Source of the DNA: Armatimonadota bacterium
Lineage (GTDB): Bacteria; Armatimonadota; Zipacnadia; Zipacnadales; UBA5352
Assembly (NCBI GenBank): GCA_034722055.1
Contig: JAYENL010000107.1
Location: 1-10,720 of the forward strand
Length of the DNA stretch: 10,720 bases
Reading direction: 5' to 3'
Shown here: piece after piece, positions 6,582-10,720 of the stretch
Layout: every line of letters begins with the position of its first letter
Numbering within the stretch: position 1 is the stretch's first letter
Position numbers and translations under genes: made by a program
The notes under the pieces: model-generated
Databases searched by the model: none
Seen by the model: only the letters and a program-made list of their open reading frames with translations
What the model was told of the DNA's origin: nothing

Positions 6582-9500
6582 ATGGAGATGTCACGCGGCG
6601 CTATCATCCTGCTGCTGACGCTGGCCTCGGTCGCGACGCTCACCCAACCAGCCCTGGCCCAGGAGGAGACCATGGACGAGCGAGTCGTCTACGCTCCCGA
6701 CATCGTGGGCGTGGAGCGCATGTTCATGATCGTGCTGCAGGTCCCACCCGAAGCGCCGGAGGTCGCGGTCACGGTCCCCGAGCAGGTGGAGATGTTCGAC
6801 CGCACGCCGCTGCCGCCCGAGACCGACCAGCGGCGCTACTACTTCCGGTCGCTCGAGCCGGCCGGGGAGGTGCAGATCACCTTCGCACACCCCGCGGGCG
6901 AGATCAGCGTGCCCCTGGTCATCTGGTCGTGGGAGGACCTGCGGGAGTTCCGGGAGCTGAAGGGCACACAGCTTCCGCGCCGCTGGCCGCTGGGCGAGCG
7001 GCTCCCGGAGCTCAAGCAGAGCCGCACGGTCTACTCCGATGAGGATATCGAGGCGATGCGGACGGGGACGGCCGGCGGTGGGGCCGAGCGCTACGCGGCG
7101 ATGTCCGATGAGGACGTCTGGGCCATGCAGCCCGACAGCACTATCCCGCGCTGGCACTGGGTCAACGTTACCCACGGCTGTCCCGTCCACGGGACCGAGA
7201 TCTACCAGACCCGCGCCTACTACCCGTGGATCAAGGACACCAGCTTCCCGTACTCCTGGAAGATCGAGTGCCCGGTCGGCCACGAGAAGTACCCCTCCAA
7301 CGACTTCGCCAACGGCGACATGACCTCCGGCGAGTTCCCTGACGATGGCATCGGCGGCGGGTACCTGGCCCCGGACGGCAAGCGCTACGGCTTCATCGCG
7401 GAGACCTGCCAGGCCTACTGCCGCGAGATGATGAGGGTGGCGCCCGCCTGCGCGCGGGCCTACGTGGCAACCGGTGAGGTCAAGTACCTGCACACATCGC
7501 TGGTGGCCTTCTGCCGACTGGCGGAGGAGTATGCCTACCTGGCGACCATGACCCAGCATCGGCACCGCAATAACCGCAATCAGGTGGATCGCCTCGGCCA
7601 GGGGCGCTTCGACGAGGGGCCGATCCTGGGAGCGACCGGCTTCACCGTCTATCCTATCGAGCAGCCCGGCCACCAGTGGGCGCACGCAGAGGCCTACGAC
7701 ATGATCTGGCCGGACATCGAGCGAGACGAGCAGATCATCCCCTTCCTGCAGAGCAAGGGCTTCGAGGTGCAGACCCACGAGGACGTGCGGCGCTTCATCG
7801 AGGAGAACCTGTTCGCGGTGTGGGCCCAGGGGAGCATGGACGGCGCGTGCAACTCCAACGAGCCCTACCACCAGCGGGGCCTGGCCCGGCTGGCGGAGGT
7901 GCTCAACTACGAGCGCGGCGACGAGTTCATGGACTGGCTCTACGACGGCGCCGGGAAGATGCGCATCTTCGTCCCCAACACCTTCTTCCGCGACGGCGCG
8001 CCCTACGAGTCCACCGGTGGCTATAACTCCATGCACGTCACCGCCCTGGGGCCCATCATCGAGTCCATCGAGCACCTCCGGGAGCTGCGGCCCGACGTCT
8101 ACCCGCGCGAGAAGTACCCGGCGCTCACCGAGACCCGCCGCTACCACAACGTCTTCGACTTCTGCATGGACTCGGTGACCATCGGCCGGACCTTCCCACA
8201 GATCGGCGACACCGGCAGCCACCCGAGCTACTCCGAGCTGCCACGGACCACCTTCCACTCCGCGAGCCTGGATGCGTTCGAACACGCCTACGAGGTCTTC
8301 GAGGACCCCAAGTTCGCCTGGGCGCTGGCCAGGCATCCGGGCTGGTCGCCCTCGGCCGACTTCCCGTTCACCCGGGAGCAGGTCGAGGCCGAGGCGGCCA
8401 AGTGGCCCGATGACTGGAACGAGGCCAGCTCGCTGCACGACGGCTACGGCATCGCCATCACTCGGGGCGGCAGCGGCGACGCCAGACGGGCTCTCTGGCT
8501 GCGCTATGGCCGCGCCCGCAGCCACACCCAGGACGACATCATGGACATGGGGCTGGACGCCTTCAGAGGCCAGATCCTCTCGCACATGGGCTACCCCCGC
8601 AACTGGGGGCAGTGGGAGGGGCTGTGGTCCAGCCACAACCTGGCCCGGCAGTTCAATCCATACCAGAGCCAGGTGGCCACCGCCCAGCTCCTCGCCGACG
8701 CCGGGCCGGCGCACGTCACGGAGGCCCGCTCGCACGCGCACTTCGAGTTCGCTGACGACGGCTCGCGCCACGAGCCCATGCCCGACTACTGGCAGCGGCG
8801 GATGCTGGCGATCGTGGACGTGTCGCCGAACCAGTTCTACTGCCTGGACTTCTACCGCATCTCCGGCGGCGACGAGCACTGGTGGGCCTTCCACTGCCAG
8901 GAGGGGGAGTACACCACCGAGGGCATCGGCCTGGTAGCCCAGGAGGGCGGGACGCTCGCCGGCCCCGACGTTCCCTACGGCGACGAGGAGTGGATGGAGG
9001 CCCACGGCTGCTCCCTGCACTCCACGTATGGCTGGCGGGGGATCAACTTCACCTTCCCGCACCTGTATAACGTGCAGAAGGGCCGCGCAGAGCGGCCCTG
9101 GTGGGGCGACTGGGCCATCGCCACGGGCCAGGGCCTGCACCTGCGCCAGCACATCCTGCAGGGGCGCGCCGGCGGCTCGCCGATTGAGGTGAATGTGACC
9201 GACGGGCGGGCGGCCTCGGGCGGCTCGCCCTACGAGATGAAGTGGATCATGATGCACAGCGCCGGCGAGGCGCCCCTGCGAACGCAGGTGCTGGCAGTGC
9301 TCGAGCCCTACATGGGTGAGCCCATCATCCGCCGCGCCGTGCCCCTGGAGCTGTCGGGCGATGACGAGGCCGGCTTCGAGGCCGGCGCCGCACGCATCGA
9401 GCTCGCCGACGGCCGCGTGGACACGGTCTTCTGGTCGGCGGACCCGTCGGTGGTGCGTGAGGCCGACGGCGGCTTCCGCTTCGCCGGGCGCTTTGGCCTC

Positions 9501-10154
9501 TACGCCGAGCGCGACGGCGAGCCCGTCGCCATCTCGCTGGTCGGGGGCACGGTGCTGGAGCGCAACGGCCTGGGGATCGCCCTGGACGAGGGCGAGTACC
9601 GCGGCCAAGTCGCGGCGGTGGATCGCGAGGCTGAGACTATCACCGTCTCCCCAGCCCCACCCAACCCCAGCGCCATGGTCGGGAAGATGATCTTCATCAC
9701 CAACGACGCCCGGCGCATCGCCTACAAGGTGCTACAGGCCCGCGAGGGGGACGGCGGTGTCGAGCTGGCGCTGGCTATGGACTCCCGCATCGGCACCGGA
9801 AGGGTCACCGGCGCTGAGGACCATCGGGTGCTGACGGACACGCCCTTCAGGCTGCAGCGCTTCGGCTACTACGAGGGCGCGCGCATCGTCAGCGCCGACG
9901 GGGCCGCGCAGTACCGCATCAACGAGGTCCGCAGCGGGAACTTCGCCATGATCGACCCCGAGGTGCATCCCGATGCCACGGCGGAGGCGCTGGCGGCAGA
10001 CTTCCCGGAGGGCACCTGGTTCGAGGTCCGCGACTACGGGGTCGGCGACGAGGTGGTCTGGCCCATGGCCGCGAGCGTGACGCTCACCGGGCCGAACACG
10101 TGGGACGTGACCACCGGCGGCGAGGCGCAGGTGAACCTGCCAGGGGGTGGCTGA
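6582..10154 (+). CDS. Large secreted heparinase II/III-like domain protein (~1190 aa), putative polysaccharide lyase
   Basis: Signal peptide MEMSRGAIILLLTLASVATLTQPALA|QEE. Start is 6582 (GGGAG upstream) or 6588 (AGGTG upstream). Motifs DGAPYESTGGY, FPQIGD, SHTQDD (HxHxD variant), MGYP, SHNL, RRMLAIVD, YCLDFYRISGG..H.W.FH. Strong GC3 bias. Stop TGA at 10152-10154. Confidence 0.8.
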   Translation: MEMSRGAIILLLTLASVATLTQPALAQEETMDERVVYAPDIVGVERMFMIVLQVPPEAPEVAVTVPEQVEMFDRTPLPPETDQRRYYFRSLEPAGEVQITFAHPAGEISVPLVIWSWEDLREFRELKGTQLPRRWPLGERLPELKQSRTVYSDEDIEAMRTGTAGGGAERYAAMSDEDVWAMQPDSTIPRWHWVNVTHGCPVHGTEIYQTRAYYPWIKDTSFPYSWKIECPVGHEKYPSNDFANGDMTSGEFPDDGIGGGYLAPDGKRYGFIAETCQAYCREMMRVAPACARAYVATGEVKYLHTSLVAFCRLAEEYAYLATMTQHRHRNNRNQVDRLGQGRFDEGPILGATGFTVYPIEQPGHQWAHAEAYDMIWPDIERDEQIIPFLQSKGFEVQTHEDVRRFIEENLFAVWAQGSMDGACNSNEPYHQRGLARLAEVLNYERGDEFMDWLYDGAGKMRIFVPNTFFRDGAPYESTGGYNSMHVTALGPIIESIEHLRELRPDVYPREKYPALTETRRYHNVFDFCMDSVTIGRTFPQIGDTGSHPSYSELPRTTFHSASLDAFEHAYEVFEDPKFAWALARHPGWSPSADFPFTREQVEAEAAKWPDDWNEASSLHDGYGIAITRGGSGDARRALWLRYGRARSHTQDDIMDMGLDAFRGQILSHMGYPRNWGQWEGLWSSHNLARQFNPYQSQVATAQLLADAGPAHVTEARSHAHFEFADDGSRHEPMPDYWQRRMLAIVDVSPNQFYCLDFYRISGGDEHWWAFHCQEGEYTTEGIGLVAQEGGTLAGPDVPYGDEEWMEAHGCSLHSTYGWRGINFTFPHLYNVQKGRAERPWWGDWAIATGQGLHLRQHILQGRAGGSPIEVNVTDGRAASGGSPYEMKWIMMHSAGEAPLRTQVLAVLEPYMGEPIIRRAVPLELSGDDEAGFEAGAARIELADGRVDTVFWSADPSVVREADGGFRFAGRFGLYAERDGEPVAISLVGGTVLERNGLGIALDEGEYRGQVAAVDREAETITVSPAPPNPSAMVGKMIFITNDARRIAYKVLQAREGDGGVELALAMDSRIGTGRVTGAEDHRVLTDTPFRLQRFGYYEGARIVSADGAAQYRINEVRSGNFAMIDPEVHPDATAEALAADFPEGTWFEVRDYGVGDEVVWPMAASVTLTGPNTWDVTTGGEAQVNLPGGG
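6661..6674 (+). promoter_or_regulatory. Internal Shine-Dalgarno plus in-frame ATG right after the signal peptide
   Basis: AGGAGG-AGACC-ATG. The ATG at 6672 is in frame with the 6582 start (MDERVVY...). Confidence 0.5.
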
Positions 10155-10160
10155 AGGCCA

Positions 10161-10402
10161 GGAGGGACGGGCTCCCCTGCCCGCTCGTGGTCATCGTTCT
10201 TCGCGCCGTTTGGAGGGGCCGGTCTCCGTCCCGGCCCGGCTGTTCGCCGTTTCGCGCGACGAGCAGCGAAGGGAGACCGCTCTCGCCACCAGGGTCGGCG
10301 GGCTTCCTTGCCCGCCCGGTGCGGACGAGGGCGTCCGCACCACGGGACGAGCGCCGCGCCGTCGCGCAGTTCAGGAGGGGCGGGCTTCCCTGCCGCTCCT
10401 GA
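10161..10402 (+). repeat. Cluster of four GGAG-family REP-like palindromes downstream of the large lyase-like gene
   Basis: Copies at 10161-10186 (GGAGGGACGGGCTCCCCTGCCCGCTC), 10212-10237 (GGAGGGGCCGGTCTCCGTCCCGGCCC), 10297-10319 (GGCGGGCTTCCTTGCCCGCCCGG, lacking the GGAG head) and about 10371-10402 (TCAGGAGGGGCGGGCTTCCCTGCCGCTCCTGA). Confidence 0.8.
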
Positions 10403-10481
10403 CCTATGCATTACCCAATGATCCTGCGCGCCTGCCGGAAGGCCTACGGCCGCGCTGCGCGGCAAAAGCGTTTGCAGTCAT

Positions 10482-10717
10482 GGAGGGGCCGCTCCGAGCG
10501 TCGCCGCGCCCGGCGGCGCCAGGAGTGAGGCCCGCCAGGGCCGAAGGTTCCACCCCGGCCCATGTCGCTGCCTGACGGCGAGCGGCAAACGGCTGGGCCG
10601 GGATGGAACCTGCCGCCTGCGCAACACGCCCGCGCAGGCGGCACCCTGGAGTTCGGATAGCGAACTCTTAAGAGAAGCCTACTGGCTTCTCCATCGCTAC
10701 GCTCGGGCGGCCCCTCC
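10482..10717. other. Multi-hairpin non-coding element bounded by ~20-bp terminal inverted repeats (MITE/REPIN-like or structured RNA)
   Basis: GGAGGGGCCGCTCCGAGCGT (10482-10501) pairs with ACGCTCGGGCGGCCCCTCC (10699-10717) with one indel. Internal stems: 10545-10562/10594-10611 (17 of 18), 10611-10622/10632-10643 (12 of 12), 10649-10655/10661-10667 (7 of 7), 10672-10679/10684-10691 (8 of 8). Confidence 0.6.
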
Positions 10718-10720
10718 GTA

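Noticed and set aside
6591..9608. 1005-aa antisense ORF, and similar long ORFs 476..2161 (+), 3681..5708 (+), 5834..7042 (+) and 348..1598 (-)
   Set aside because: Shadow ORFs of real genes. Strong GC3 bias removes stops in the antisense and alternative frames, and the translations have no recognisable motifs.
10034..10644. Short ORFs in the right flank (10100..10402, 10147..10575, 10034..10465, 10444..10644)
   Set aside because: They run through the repeat and hairpin cluster, are Arg/Pro/Ala-rich and lack recognisable domains. None resembles a transposase.

Overview
High-GC bacterial window with five protein-coding genes and two repeat-rich non-coding flanks. On the minus strand are a TIM-barrel sugar phosphate isomerase/epimerase (6394..5642), a secreted heparinase II/III-like polysaccharide lyase candidate (5522..3465), a secreted hypothetical protein with an internal duplication (3287..2220) and an intact ComM/YifB AAA+ ATPase (2113..578). 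Divergently on the plus strand is a ~1190-aa secreted heparinase II/III-like protein with a Cys/His knuckle insert (6582..10154). The left flank (17..580) is a mosaic of at least three families of short palindromic REP-like elements arranged in 180/172-bp tandem units, with compensatory stem changes. One family recurs, inverted, in the right flank (10161..10402). The right flank also holds a ~236-nt multi-hairpin element closed by terminal inverted repeats. Other points: in-frame SD+ATG second starts just after the signal peptides of both lyase-like genes, and an identical 13-bp palindrome in two upstream regions. No transposase, tRNA, rRNA or CRISPR array was seen. All calls were made by eye, without database searches.
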